A stretch of 64,000 nucleotides of DNA from an uncultured Candidatus Saccharibacteria bacterium (GTDB lineage: Bacteria; Patescibacteriota; Saccharimonadia; Saccharimonadales; CAZJQT01). The position numbers and the translations under genes are program-made. The notes under the pieces are model-generated. The model was not told the DNA's origin. It saw only the letters and a program-made list of their open reading frames with translations, and made no database searches. Below are positions 46,768 through 56,040 of this stretch, piece after piece (position 1 is the first letter of the stretch; each line of letters starts with the position of its first letter). The DNA is taken from assembly GCA_964636215.1 (NCBI GenBank), contig CAZWRJ010000001.1:39928-103927 (forward strand). The letters run 5' to 3'.

Positions 46768-47412
46768 CTATTGGCCAATGGTTTTTCGCCAGCGCTCAAT
46801 TTCACTATGATGGCCGCTGAGCAGTACTGGTGGCACATCTAATCCTCTAAAACTTTCTGGACGGGTGTACTGTGGAAATTCGATGGTTTTATCGTCATCT
46901 TGAAATGACTCAATTTCAGCTGAGGCTTCACCACCAAGCACTCCGGGTAATAGTCTCACTACGCTGTCGATAATCACCATGGCCGGTATTTCACCACCGG
47001 TTAATACATAATTACCGACGCAGTATTGGTGATCAACCCACTTGGTTATTCTCTCGTCGTAGCCCTCATAGCGTGGGCAGATAATGATTAGCCCTTTTTC
47101 GGAAACAGCTAGTTGCTTGGCCAAAGACTGTTTGTAAGCTTTTCCTCTGGGCGTAGGTAAAATAACTAAAGCAGCGGGGTCACGAGCTTTAGCTTTTTCT
47201 ATAGCAGCCACCAGAGGCTCGACTCTAAGTAGCATGCCGTCACCACCACCATAAGGGGTGTCATCCACGCTTTTGTGCTTGCCAAGTCCAAAGTCGCGCA
47301 GATTAATGAAAGAGTATTCCACTATGCCTTTGTCTTGGGCTTTCCAGAGCATACTACTGGACAAAAGAGGCGAAAATACTTCAGGGAATAAACTAATTAT
47401 TTGAATTTTCAT
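46768..47412 (-). CDS. trmD: tRNA (guanine37-N1)-methyltransferase
   Basis: MKIQIISLFPEVF N-terminus, DDTPYGGG and VLTGGE motifs. Start moved to ATG 47412. Confidence 0.92.
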   Translation of the reverse strand: MKIQIISLFPEVFSPLLSSSMLWKAQDKGIVEYSFINLRDFGLGKHKSVDDTPYGGGDGMLLRVEPLVAAIEKAKARDPAALVILPTPRGKAYKQSLAKQLAVSEKGLIIICPRYEGYDERITKWVDHQYCVGNYVLTGGEIPAMVIIDSVVRLLPGVLGGEASAEIESFQDDDKTIEFPQYTRPESFRGLDVPPVLLSGHHSEIERWRKTIGQ

Positions 47413-47546
47413 TGTAATTATTATACCAAATAAAAAGAGGCCCGTTTCTGGCCTTCTTTTTATCACATAAAGCTCCCACCGATTTTAGTGGCTCGCAGTT
47501 GAGCTTAAGGTTTTGATTTTACAGGTTCGTCTTTCGACTAAAACAA

Positions 47547-48035
47547 TTATATATCAAGATCGTCCAGATCATCAAGCTCTTTACGAGTCTTGCTAATAAC
47601 GTCTGAGGTGTCGTCAATGTCCGTTTTTACATCTTCTTCAGTTTTAGTTTCTTCTTGGGCGGTTGAACCCTCGTCATCTGATACGGCAGCCACTGCATCA
47701 TCAGGATCGTCAGTAGTTTGACTAACGGGACTATCGGATACTGTCCTGGGTGACTGTTCATCACGTACTGGCCGTTCTGGTCTTTCACCATTGTCAACGA
47801 TTTTCAGATTGTAACGGGCATCGTTTTTGGTACCTAGTGCTCGTAGTAAGGTCCTGAGAGATTGCGCGGTAGCTCCACGCTTACCAATAACTCGACCCAG
47901 ATCTTCTGGGTTGACAGTTAGTTCAAGCAATACACCTTTCTCATCAATGGTGCGTTTTACTTCTACAGCATCTGGGTGGTTGACTAAAGATTTAACTACG
48001 AATTCAATGAATTGTTGGTCAATACTTGCGCTCAC
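47547..48035 (-). CDS. KH-domain RNA-binding protein (YlqC/UPF0109-like) with acidic C-terminal extension
   Basis: N-terminal 80 aa carry VIGKRGATAQSLRTLL (KH GxxG). The C-terminal half is Asp/Glu/Ser/Thr-rich and low-complexity. Confidence 0.85.
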   Translation of the reverse strand: MSASIDQQFIEFVVKSLVNHPDAVEVKRTIDEKGVLLELTVNPEDLGRVIGKRGATAQSLRTLLRALGTKNDARYNLKIVDNGERPERPVRDEQSPRTVSDSPVSQTTDDPDDAVAAVSDDEGSTAQEETKTEEDVKTDIDDTSDVISKTRKELDDLDDLDI

Positions 48036-48088
48036 GGTTTCCTCCCCTGGTTAAGACTTGTCAGTATCTACTAGTATAGCAGACCTTA

Positions 48089-48592
48089 TTAGTCAGCTTT
48101 TTCGTCGGCTGGAGCTTCTTCAACCGGAGAAGTTTCTGGTTCTGTAGCTTCGGCTTCAGCCACTTCGTTGGTAGTTTCGGCCGGAGTAGCTTCCTCAGCG
48201 GTTTCTGCTGGAACCTCATTATCGTCTTTGGTTTCGGCCGGTTCATTGGTTGGCTCATCTTCAGTTTTCGCTGGAGCTGAAGCACTGTTCTTACTAAATT
48301 TATCAGGGTTACGAGGTGGTCTTTTGGGAGCTTTAGTAATTACCACCCATTTGGGCAACTTAACACCTTCAGCCTTTAGTAAACGAGCAACTCGGCCGGA
48401 TGGCTGAGCACCATGTTCTAGATAAAAACTGGCTTTTTGTTTATCAAGAGTAGTTTGTTTCGTGTGTGGATCGAAGTGACCGATACTGGCCACGATATTT
48501 CCACTTGTAGGGGTCCGGCGAGCATCTTGGACGATGACGCGGAATTGAGCGTGACCCTTGCGGCCGATACGCTGCATGCGAATGACTAACAT
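48089..48592 (-). CDS. rpsP: 30S ribosomal protein S16 with long acidic Ala/Glu/Thr/Pro-rich C-terminal tail
   Basis: MLVIRMQRIGRKGHAQFRVIV... is a canonical S16 N-terminus. About 80 extra low-complexity residues follow. Confidence 0.93.
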   Translation of the reverse strand: MLVIRMQRIGRKGHAQFRVIVQDARRTPTSGNIVASIGHFDPHTKQTTLDKQKASFYLEHGAQPSGRVARLLKAEGVKLPKWVVITKAPKRPPRNPDKFSKNSASAPAKTEDEPTNEPAETKDDNEVPAETAEEATPAETTNEVAEAEATEPETSPVEEAPADEKAD

Positions 48593-48670
48593 TCAATTTC
48601 CTTCCCTGTTAAAAACTTAATGTACAGATGGTCATTCTACAGATAACCGCCCCTGTTGTCAAGATAAAGG

Positions 48671-49369
48671 CTAAGGTTTGTATTTCTTGAGGGCGACCTC
48701 GGCGGCCGATACTTGACCGGCTTGTTTACTAGGGCCAACCCCTTTGCCTTTTAGCACTCCGTTTACGTAAACACCAACGGCAAATGTTTTGTCGTGATCT
48801 GGGCCATTTTCACTAATGACTTTATAAACTGGCGTGAAGCCATCTTTACTTTGAATTAGCTCCTGTAAACGGCTTTTGGGATCCATCCACGAACCGTTTT
48901 CCAAGATGTCTTTGAAAGTAACAAGTAAACTACTAGTAATAAAAGTTTTGGTAGCCTCAAACCCTTGATCTAGATAAAGTGCCCCGACAACTGCTTCATA
49001 AGAGTTAGCCAAAATTTGTTCACGGGCCCGGTCAGTACCCCGTTTTTCACCGCGACTTAACCGCAGCAACGGCTCAAAACCTAGGCGGCCGGCAGCAGCA
49101 CCAATGCTTTCAGTTCTCACCAGCGAACTTCGCCAGTTGGTAAGCACTCCTTCCGGTTCATCAAACTGCTCAAATAAATATTCGGTAGAAATCAGCTCGA
49201 GCACAGCATCGCCCAAAAATTCTAGTCGTTCGTTGTGTTCATGAACAGTTTTACGATGCTCATTAACATATGAACGATGAGTGAAAGCCGTTACAAGAAG
49301 TCCAATGTCATTAAAATCAACTCCTAGAACTGCGCTGGCAAATTGTTTGTAAGGTGTAGTGTCTTGCAT
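48671..49369 (-). CDS. rnc: ribonuclease III
   Basis: 232 aa. NERLEFLGDAVL signature and a C-terminal dsRBD. Confidence 0.95.
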   Translation of the reverse strand: MQDTTPYKQFASAVLGVDFNDIGLLVTAFTHRSYVNEHRKTVHEHNERLEFLGDAVLELISTEYLFEQFDEPEGVLTNWRSSLVRTESIGAAAGRLGFEPLLRLSRGEKRGTDRAREQILANSYEAVVGALYLDQGFEATKTFITSSLLVTFKDILENGSWMDPKSRLQELIQSKDGFTPVYKVISENGPDHDKTFAVGVYVNGVLKGKGVGPSKQAGQVSAAEVALKKYKP

Positions 49370-49371
49370 AA

Positions 49372-49875
49372 TTATTTTGGTAGGCTCCGGATTTTTTTCA
49401 TGGCGACTAATATTAGTTTTCCGATGTCATCATATTCGATTTTATTGAGAGCTTCAGAATAGGGCATCCAGGCGATACCGTTCATCCAATCCTCAGGCCT
49501 GATAGTGTTGCTATTGCCCTTAGCTTCTATCAGAAAAATTTCGGTAGTCATCAGCACCAGGCTAGTTGCCCGACGATAGCGAAAATGTATTTTGCCTAGC
49601 CAGCTTATAACAGCCATTTCTTGCAGCCCTGTTTCTTCACGAACTTCACGTTGAGCAGTTTGCTTAGCAGTTTCGCCTTCTTCGATGTGTCCCTTGGGGA
49701 TTGTCCAGCGGTTTTTGGCATCCTGGATTAGTAGAATTTCTACATCTCCCTTTGGTGCTCGACGAAAAATGACACCACCGGCCGTTGGTTCGCGTAATAC
49801 TTCCTTGATCGTTAGACGACGATGATGAACAAACTTTTTAAATCCCTTGATGGGTTTGGGTCGTTTCATGGGCAA
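49372..49875 (-). CDS. NUDIX hydrolase
   Basis: 167 aa. Nudix box KGHIEEGETAKQTAQREVREETG. Confidence 0.85.
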   Translation of the reverse strand: MPMKRPKPIKGFKKFVHHRRLTIKEVLREPTAGGVIFRRAPKGDVEILLIQDAKNRWTIPKGHIEEGETAKQTAQREVREETGLQEMAVISWLGKIHFRYRRATSLVLMTTEIFLIEAKGNSNTIRPEDWMNGIAWMPYSEALNKIEYDDIGKLILVAMKKIRSLPK

Positions 49876-49881
49876 TTTCTC

Positions 49882-50355
49882 TTATTTCTTAGCCTTGGGC
49901 TTTGACTTCTTGGGGGCGGCTTTACTTGGAGTTCCCAGTTGTTTTAAAAGGGTGCCTAGTACACCGTTAATAAACTTACTAGAGTTATCTCCACCAAAAG
50001 CCTTGGCCAGCTCAACGGCTTCATTAATGACCACCTTAGGCGGCACATCAACCTTCGATATAAGCTCAAAGGCACCAATCCGTAGAATGATACGGTCCAT
50101 TCTAGCGATTTGATTAATCGGCCACTCTGGAGCGATTGGCTGCAAGCGATCATCTAGTTCCTGCTGATCTTTACTAACACCGTGCACCAATTCTTCGATG
50201 AACTGTCGATCATCAACCGTATCTCGATATCGATCGATATTACGCTTCAGTACCTTATTCAAACTGAAAGTACTATCACCACAATCGCGCCTAAACTCTT
50301 GTTCATACAAGGTCTGGAGAGCGATGATGCGACCAAGGTGACGATTCGATGCCAT
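49882..50355 (-). CDS. nusB: transcription antitermination factor NusB
   Basis: 157 aa. R..A.Q.LY N-terminus, NEAVELAK and FINGVL motifs, with a Lys-rich tail. Confidence 0.9.
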   Translation of the reverse strand: MASNRHLGRIIALQTLYEQEFRRDCGDSTFSLNKVLKRNIDRYRDTVDDRQFIEELVHGVSKDQQELDDRLQPIAPEWPINQIARMDRIILRIGAFELISKVDVPPKVVINEAVELAKAFGGDNSSKFINGVLGTLLKQLGTPSKAAPKKSKPKAKK

Positions 50356-50421
50356 ATTGTTAAATTAGATCCCGCTTATAGTTATAGTATAACCTGACGT
50401 TTGTCAGTTTACACCCAATAA

Positions 50422-50577
50422 TTACTTGCTGGCGACGAGCTTTTTGCCGCTTTCACGACGGGTCGTGAAGGTTTTTACAGGACTGGTAGCATTAACGCGA
50501 CGGGCGAGTTTAAGCACCAGATGACTACGTCTGGAACCAGTGCGACGAGGGGTGGTCCGTTTTTTGGGCTTACCCAT
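50422..50577 (-). CDS. rpmF: 50S ribosomal protein L32
   Basis: 51 aa, below the track cutoff. MGKPKKRTTPRRTGSRRSHLVLK... matches the L32 PKRRTSxxRRxxRRSH pattern. Confidence 0.8.
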   Translation of the reverse strand: MGKPKKRTTPRRTGSRRSHLVLKLARRVNATSPVKTFTTRRESGKKLVASK

Positions 50578-50665
50578 AGCTAAGAACAAGCCTCCTTATG
50601 TACTTTATTGATAAAACTTAGGCCTATATTAGCTTAGAATGACCTAAAACTCAAGATATACAGGG

Positions 50666-53554
50666 CTAGACTACGAAGTTAAGTAACTTGCCGGGAACAT
50701 AAATTGTCTTCTTGATTGTCTGGTCTTGCAATAAGGTTTTGATCTTAGGTTCGGCTTTGGCAGCTTTAATTATTTCGTTTTCAGTAATATCTACATCTGT
50801 CTGTATTGTCGCACGTAGTTTGCCGTTAATCTGCACCACAATGGTTAGGTTTTCACTGTTCAGGTAGTTAGTATCAACTTTGGGCCAAGTATCAATATGT
50901 ACACTGGTACTATGCCCCAGTTGATGCCACAAATCGTCCGCGATATGCGGGGCAAAAGGCGCAACACATGCCACAATACTTTGCATAGCTTGTTGCCAAG
51001 TGTCATGTTTACCGAAAGCCTTGGTTTTTAGTCTGTACATTTCGTTCACGCAGGTCATAGCTGCTGCGATAGCGGTATTGTAATGATTGACCTCAATATC
51101 TTCGGTTACTTTTTTTACTGCTTTGTTGATCGTTTGTTTAAGTTTCTTTTCTTCGTTTTCACTTAGTTCTACGCTTTTAGCTGAGGCATATTCACCTACT
51201 AAATTCCAAAGTCTGGTTAAGAAACGATAAGCCCCTGGCACACCTTGTGGATCCCAACGCACCCATTGATCAAGTGGAGCGGCAAACATCAGATAGGTTC
51301 TTAGTGCATCAGCTCCATAACCCTGTTCAATAATTTCCAGTGGATCGACGCCGTTGCCTTTGCTCTTGGAGAACATTTGCCCATCACTGGCGGTCACCTT
51401 GCCATTAAATAAAAATTGTTTAAACGGCTCCGGTTCATTAACTAGTCCGAGTTTTTTGAAGAACCGGGCTATGAATCGAGCATAAAGCAGATGAGCGGTG
51501 GCATGATCGGCCCCGTTATAGAAATCAACTGGCTCCCACTTTTTGACAACGGTACTGTCGAAGATCGCTTCCTGATTGTGGGGGTCAAAATAACGATACA
51601 TATACCAACTACTACAAATATAAGTATCGAGGGTGTCAGTTTCGCGTTCTGCTGGGCCTGTACACTTAGGGCAGTCAACTTTTAGCCAGTCCTTGGCCCT
51701 AGCTAGGGCGCTGCGTCCATCTCCGCTAGGCTTAAAATCGTCTAGTTCCGGTAAAATTACGGGCAAATCTTCATCCGCCACCAATTGAGGTCCACACTTG
51801 GGGCAGTGGATTATTGGAATTGGGGCACCCCAATAGCGTTGACGACTGACACTCCAATCCCGCATCCGGTAGTTTATTTTTTCTGTGGTGAGACCATGGT
51901 CTTCTAGGTCGGAGACAATTTTGTCCCTGGCAATTGCTGAATCAAGACCATCATATTTACCAGAGTTGACCATGATACCTTCACCGTGGAAACACTCGCC
52001 AGCAATAAACTTATCTAGTGCATAGCGATGCAATGGTTCTACGACTTCTTTTTCGGCCAGTTCTCGGCTAACCCATTCAACTTTAAAATTATCTTTCTCG
52101 GAGTCGTCCAGTTTTTGTTCACGATGCTTATCACTTTTAAGGTGTAATTTTATAAATTTGACATCGGTTTCATGGGTTTCCTGCTTTGAGAAAGCAAAAT
52201 ATTTGTAGTGGTAAGTTTCCTGGCCAACCTCCTCAACCACCAGGTCGTGGTAGCCAGTTTCTTCAGTAACTTCACGCACGGCTGTTTTTTCTGGTGATTC
52301 TTTGCCCTCAACTGTGCCGCCTATAAACAATCTGCCGCCAAGCTTTGGCCCCCAGTTAATGGTTAGGACCTGTCCTTCGTCATTGGTCACCACAGCTACG
52401 ATCTTATCTTTTTTAACGTCGGTCTTTTTGCCCTCGGCATCTTCACGAACGCCGACCGGATCAACTACATTAACAATTGGTAGTTTAAACTTTTTAGCAA
52501 ATTCGTTATCGCGCTGGTCATGAGCTGGCACTGACATAACAGCGCCAGTTCCGTAACCAAGCAGTACATAGTCGGCTATCCAAACCGGCAGTTTGACACC
52601 ATTAATTGGGTTAATAGCATAAGCGCCTGTGAATACACCAGTTTTAGCTTTTTCAGCTTGACGCTCCACTTCGGTTTTCTTCTGAGCCGTCTTAACGTAT
52701 GCTTCAATTTTGCTCTTTTGCTCTTTAGTAGTAATGGTTCCGACAAGTTCATGTTCTGGTGCTAAAACCATAAACGTGGCCCCAAATAAGGTGTCTGGCC
52801 TGGTAGTAAATACAGTAATTTTCCCTAGGTTGTCATCGATTTCAAAATCAACCTCAGCCCCTTTGCTTTTGCCAATCCAATTTTTCTGAGCTAGCTTAAC
52901 GCTCTCACTCCAATCTAAGTCATCAATAGCTTCAAGTAACTCGTCTGCATAGTCGGTAATTTTGAAGAACCATTGTTTAACTTCTTTTTTTTCTACAATT
53001 GGATCATCTGGAGCATCATGACGCCAACACTTACCGTCAATCACCTGTTCATTAGCTAACACCGTCTGGCACTTAGTGCACCACCATTGCATCCTTGAAT
53101 CCTGATACGCTAAGCCATGCTTATACATTTGGCTGAAGATCCACTGTGTCCATTTGTAATATTCTGGCAAATGAGTGGCGATCTCTTTTTCCCAATCATT
53201 ACTCCAACCCATGGCTTTGTATTGTTTGTGATAGCTAGGAATAATGGTGGCCATGCTTTCTTGTGGTGACACACCTGCTTTAATGGCATAATTCTCGGCT
53301 GGCAAGCCAAAGGCATCCCAACCTACTGGATGGTAGCTTTCGTAGCCTTGTTGGCGCTTAAAGCGAGCCTTAACATCACTTATGGTGTAGTTCATAGCAT
53401 GCCCAATATGGATTCCGGCTCCACTGGGGTAGTTGAACATGCTCATAGCAATGTACTTGGGCTTATCACTTCTGAGATCAGCGGTATAAACGCCGGTCTC
53501 ATCCCAAATTTTTTGCCATTTAGGCTCTAGGTCTTTCGGGTTATAACGATTCAT
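50666..53554 (-). CDS. leuS: leucine--tRNA ligase with an inserted Nudix domain
   Basis: 962 aa. HIGH (GIHIGHAMNY), CP1 editing motifs (TRPDTLFGATF, GTGAVMSVPAHDQRD) and a KMSKS-like FSKSKG. Residues ~365-523 form an extra domain with a perfect Nudix box, GTVEGKESPEKTAVREVTEETGY. Confidence 0.95.
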   Translation of the reverse strand: MNRYNPKDLEPKWQKIWDETGVYTADLRSDKPKYIAMSMFNYPSGAGIHIGHAMNYTISDVKARFKRQQGYESYHPVGWDAFGLPAENYAIKAGVSPQESMATIIPSYHKQYKAMGWSNDWEKEIATHLPEYYKWTQWIFSQMYKHGLAYQDSRMQWWCTKCQTVLANEQVIDGKCWRHDAPDDPIVEKKEVKQWFFKITDYADELLEAIDDLDWSESVKLAQKNWIGKSKGAEVDFEIDDNLGKITVFTTRPDTLFGATFMVLAPEHELVGTITTKEQKSKIEAYVKTAQKKTEVERQAEKAKTGVFTGAYAINPINGVKLPVWIADYVLLGYGTGAVMSVPAHDQRDNEFAKKFKLPIVNVVDPVGVREDAEGKKTDVKKDKIVAVVTNDEGQVLTINWGPKLGGRLFIGGTVEGKESPEKTAVREVTEETGYHDLVVEEVGQETYHYKYFAFSKQETHETDVKFIKLHLKSDKHREQKLDDSEKDNFKVEWVSRELAEKEVVEPLHRYALDKFIAGECFHGEGIMVNSGKYDGLDSAIARDKIVSDLEDHGLTTEKINYRMRDWSVSRQRYWGAPIPIIHCPKCGPQLVADEDLPVILPELDDFKPSGDGRSALARAKDWLKVDCPKCTGPAERETDTLDTYICSSWYMYRYFDPHNQEAIFDSTVVKKWEPVDFYNGADHATAHLLYARFIARFFKKLGLVNEPEPFKQFLFNGKVTASDGQMFSKSKGNGVDPLEIIEQGYGADALRTYLMFAAPLDQWVRWDPQGVPGAYRFLTRLWNLVGEYASAKSVELSENEEKKLKQTINKAVKKVTEDIEVNHYNTAIAAAMTCVNEMYRLKTKAFGKHDTWQQAMQSIVACVAPFAPHIADDLWHQLGHSTSVHIDTWPKVDTNYLNSENLTIVVQINGKLRATIQTDVDITENEIIKAAKAEPKIKTLLQDQTIKKTIYVPGKLLNFVV

Positions 53555-53620
53555 GGTCTAAGCGGTCATTATAGAGGTTAACAGATGTATGCTCAAGTAC
53601 GGAGAGTATGGGTACGATTA

Positions 53621-54052
53621 TTAAAATACAATCCTTATGTAGGGTTTACGAAGTAGGAATAGAAATTTTTTAGGTGCGCCTTGTGTTTTTATCAGGTGCG
53701 AATGTTGGTGAACAACTGATTTTATCTTTGAGCTTGGTGCTCGGGAGTACATGTTATAACCCCGTTTCTCATACTTGCCTATAATTTTCAAAAATTCTAT
53801 GGCTTCTTTAGAGTCTAGGTCTTCTAATTTATCGGTGTGTTTTTTGGGAACGATCATTATATGATCAGTTACTCTCTGGCCGTCCCATATAGAATAAGCA
53901 AAAATGTTGCGGATTAACTTGAACGATTTAGTTTCATCTAGGAATTGTTTGTCTCCTTTGCGTATCGCACAAAAGGGACAAGATTCTTTATTGCTTTCAG
54001 CCTGATATTTTTTATAAACTTTTTCTTCTTTACGCGAGCGTGTTGCTGACAT
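53621..54052 (-). CDS. HIT-family (histidine triad) nucleotide hydrolase/transferase-like protein
   Basis: 143 aa. CPFC near the N-terminus, HIMIVPKKH and the histidine triad HQHSHLI. Confidence 0.7.
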   Translation of the reverse strand: MSATRSRKEEKVYKKYQAESNKESCPFCAIRKGDKQFLDETKSFKLIRNIFAYSIWDGQRVTDHIMIVPKKHTDKLEDLDSKEAIEFLKIIGKYEKRGYNMYSRAPSSKIKSVVHQHSHLIKTQGAPKKFLFLLRKPYIRIVF

Positions 54053-54062
54053 TTATATACTC

Positions 54063-54923
54063 CTAAGCCTGTACCTGGGTACTACTTAGAGCCGCACCAC
54101 CAATTCTTTGGGTAATTAGTGTAGTTGAGAATGGACCTCCAAGTTGTTCATCACAATAGAAATCGTGTCCGTCCAATACTCTAACGTCAACACCTGCAAA
54201 CATTTCTGCGTGCGTATCTTCAACAGCATCGATAATATCCTGTGATTCAAAGTAAACCGACCACACGTCTGGATTTAACCAATTACCGATCTCAAGAATG
54301 CCTGCGTGTGGACTACCGAGTAGTGTTGGCTCCATGTTATCGTGCAGAGTAACTACATCAGCTATGCATACAAAACTCTCGTCCTCAACTTCAATGGATG
54401 CACTTAGTACGTCGCGTGCGCGAGTCTCCCAATCGTATACTGGTCTGGGTACACCACCTTTTTCTGGCTTGTTACCCTTACGTGCGGCTACAGCAGCATT
54501 TCCATCGACACTAACAATTAATCGAACTTCCTGAGTAGCTAAACTATAAAGCGAGAATTCTTTTTTTTCATCGCTTCTGAGCGAGTCCCAAGTCTGTTTA
54601 CTCCTTTCTGCATAGTATCGGTTGTAATGATGTGGTACAGCGGCAAGTTTAGTATTGAGTAAGTAGGCTCTATGATTTAAATGCATTAAATCAAAAACGC
54701 CAGAAGTTAAAGCGACTGTAACGGGTTGCTCGCCCCAGGATATCCGCAAGTCAGCAAGGCGATCTGTAGCTGACACATCGGTCAATGGATTAAAAAGACG
54801 TTTCTGTGTTGAAGACTCTATATGATTAAGCACTTCGCTTCGTGGAGTCATATCTCTTTGGAGAGTTCTTCTAACACCTGCGGTGCGGGCGGCGGCTTCT
54901 CTACTGGTAACCATATTTGTCAT
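54063..54923 (-). CDS. cytidylyltransferase-family nucleotidyltransferase-like protein (divergent)
   Basis: SGVFDLMHLNH matches GxFDxxHxGH, and C-terminal FSTTLITQRI matches the ISTSxIxxRI motif of the HldE-C/TagD family, with long insertions. ATG 54923, preceded by GGAGGG, preferred over the track's TTG 54962. Confidence 0.55.
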   Translation of the reverse strand: MTNMVTSREAAARTAGVRRTLQRDMTPRSEVLNHIESSTQKRLFNPLTDVSATDRLADLRISWGEQPVTVALTSGVFDLMHLNHRAYLLNTKLAAVPHHYNRYYAERSKQTWDSLRSDEKKEFSLYSLATQEVRLIVSVDGNAAVAARKGNKPEKGGVPRPVYDWETRARDVLSASIEVEDESFVCIADVVTLHDNMEPTLLGSPHAGILEIGNWLNPDVWSVYFESQDIIDAVEDTHAEMFAGVDVRVLDGHDFYCDEQLGGPFSTTLITQRIGGAALSSTQVQA

Positions 54924-55014
54924 TAACCCTCCAGATACAGTTAATATTAAACTATAAGACAATATTTTAAAAATTTGTCATTTAGAAAACAGTTTATTAA
55001 ATAACTTTGATTAG

Positions 55015-56040
55015 TTATAGGCGGCGGCGTTTGCGGCGAATAGTTTCAAAAGTATACGTTAGAGGATATTTAAGTTTAACGATTGGTAGATCTTGGGCTG
55101 GCAAGTAAGCCACATCCTCACCACCAAAACCGCGTTTAAATACCGATACGCCGTAAAAACGATGTTTGGTTTGACCGTGCTTCGTGACACCCCAGAAGTT
55201 ATATCGGCTACACCCCCGACGCCTGGCCTCACTTATTGCCGCCATTTGAATAGCATAAGCCCCAGGTAGTTGACGTGCCAGATCAGTGCTAGCTCCGTAG
55301 TGATAAGCCGCTTCTTGTCCGTAAAAGATGATGAAAGCCATGGCTAGTAACTCGTTCTGGTGGGTGGCTCTATACATTAAAACTTTGTCGGCAGCCGCAA
55401 ATGCTCTAAATTGCTCGCCCAGGAACCGTTTGCCAAATGGCACGAAACCCTGACGGTTGGCCGTTTCTAGTTGTAAATTATAAAACTCATCTAGGTAACG
55501 GTCATCAGCCACAGCTTCGACTTCTATCCCTAATTTTTGGGCCTTGTTAACCTCGTAACGAGTGCCTTTACGCATAGCTCGTTTTAATTCTTCGTCTGAC
55601 TTATTTAGATCAAGTTGGCTGGTTAAATCAGCCGTTACGTGCATTGGTGCAAGCTTAAATCCTAGGCTCTTAAAAAGTCGTTGAGAATTTTCATTGTCCA
55701 AGAGTTGTGGTCTGACTCGGGCAAAAACGCATTTATGTTCTTGGCCTAGACGTCTTAGTTCTTTGACCCACTCAGCAACTAATTTCTTACTAGACCAGTC
55801 TAGAATTGGACCGCCGGCTACCACTAAGTGTCGGCCACGGCGGGCTGGTTCTACGACTGCCGACATAACACCAACTAGTTTGCCATCGTTATAAAAACCG
55901 CGGCGGCAAACCGTATGCCCTAGGCCACTATGAAACTCCCCCCAGTACCAAGATTGCAAAAAGTTGGCTTCTTGTTGAGCCGACATAAATTTTTCCCAAG
56001 TCGCCTTATCGTCGACCAATTTTACTTCTAGGCCAGCCAT
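55015..56040 (-). CDS. FemAB-family aminoacyl-tRNA-dependent peptidyltransferase (FemX-like)
   Basis: 341 aa. N-terminal W..F......ANFLQSWYWGEF pattern and overall length typical of the FemX/FemAB family. Confidence 0.8.
   Translation of the reverse strand: MAGLEVKLVDDKATWEKFMSAQQEANFLQSWYWGEFHSGLGHTVCRRGFYNDGKLVGVMSAVVEPARRGRHLVVAGGPILDWSSKKLVAEWVKELRRLGQEHKCVFARVRPQLLDNENSQRLFKSLGFKLAPMHVTADLTSQLDLNKSDEELKRAMRKGTRYEVNKAQKLGIEVEAVADDRYLDEFYNLQLETANRQGFVPFGKRFLGEQFRAFAAADKVLMYRATHQNELLAMAFIIFYGQEAAYHYGASTDLARQLPGAYAIQMAAISEARRRGCSRYNFWGVTKHGQTKHRFYGVSVFKRGFGGEDVAYLPAQDLPIVKLKYPLTYTFETIRRKRRRL

Noticed and set aside
48061-48407. Track ORFs 48061-48285 (-) and 48168-48407 (+) overlapping the rpsP tail
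   Set aside because: They are off-frame or antisense readings of the repetitive Ala/Glu/Thr/Pro-coding tail of S16. The S16 frame is continuous with a canonical N-terminus.
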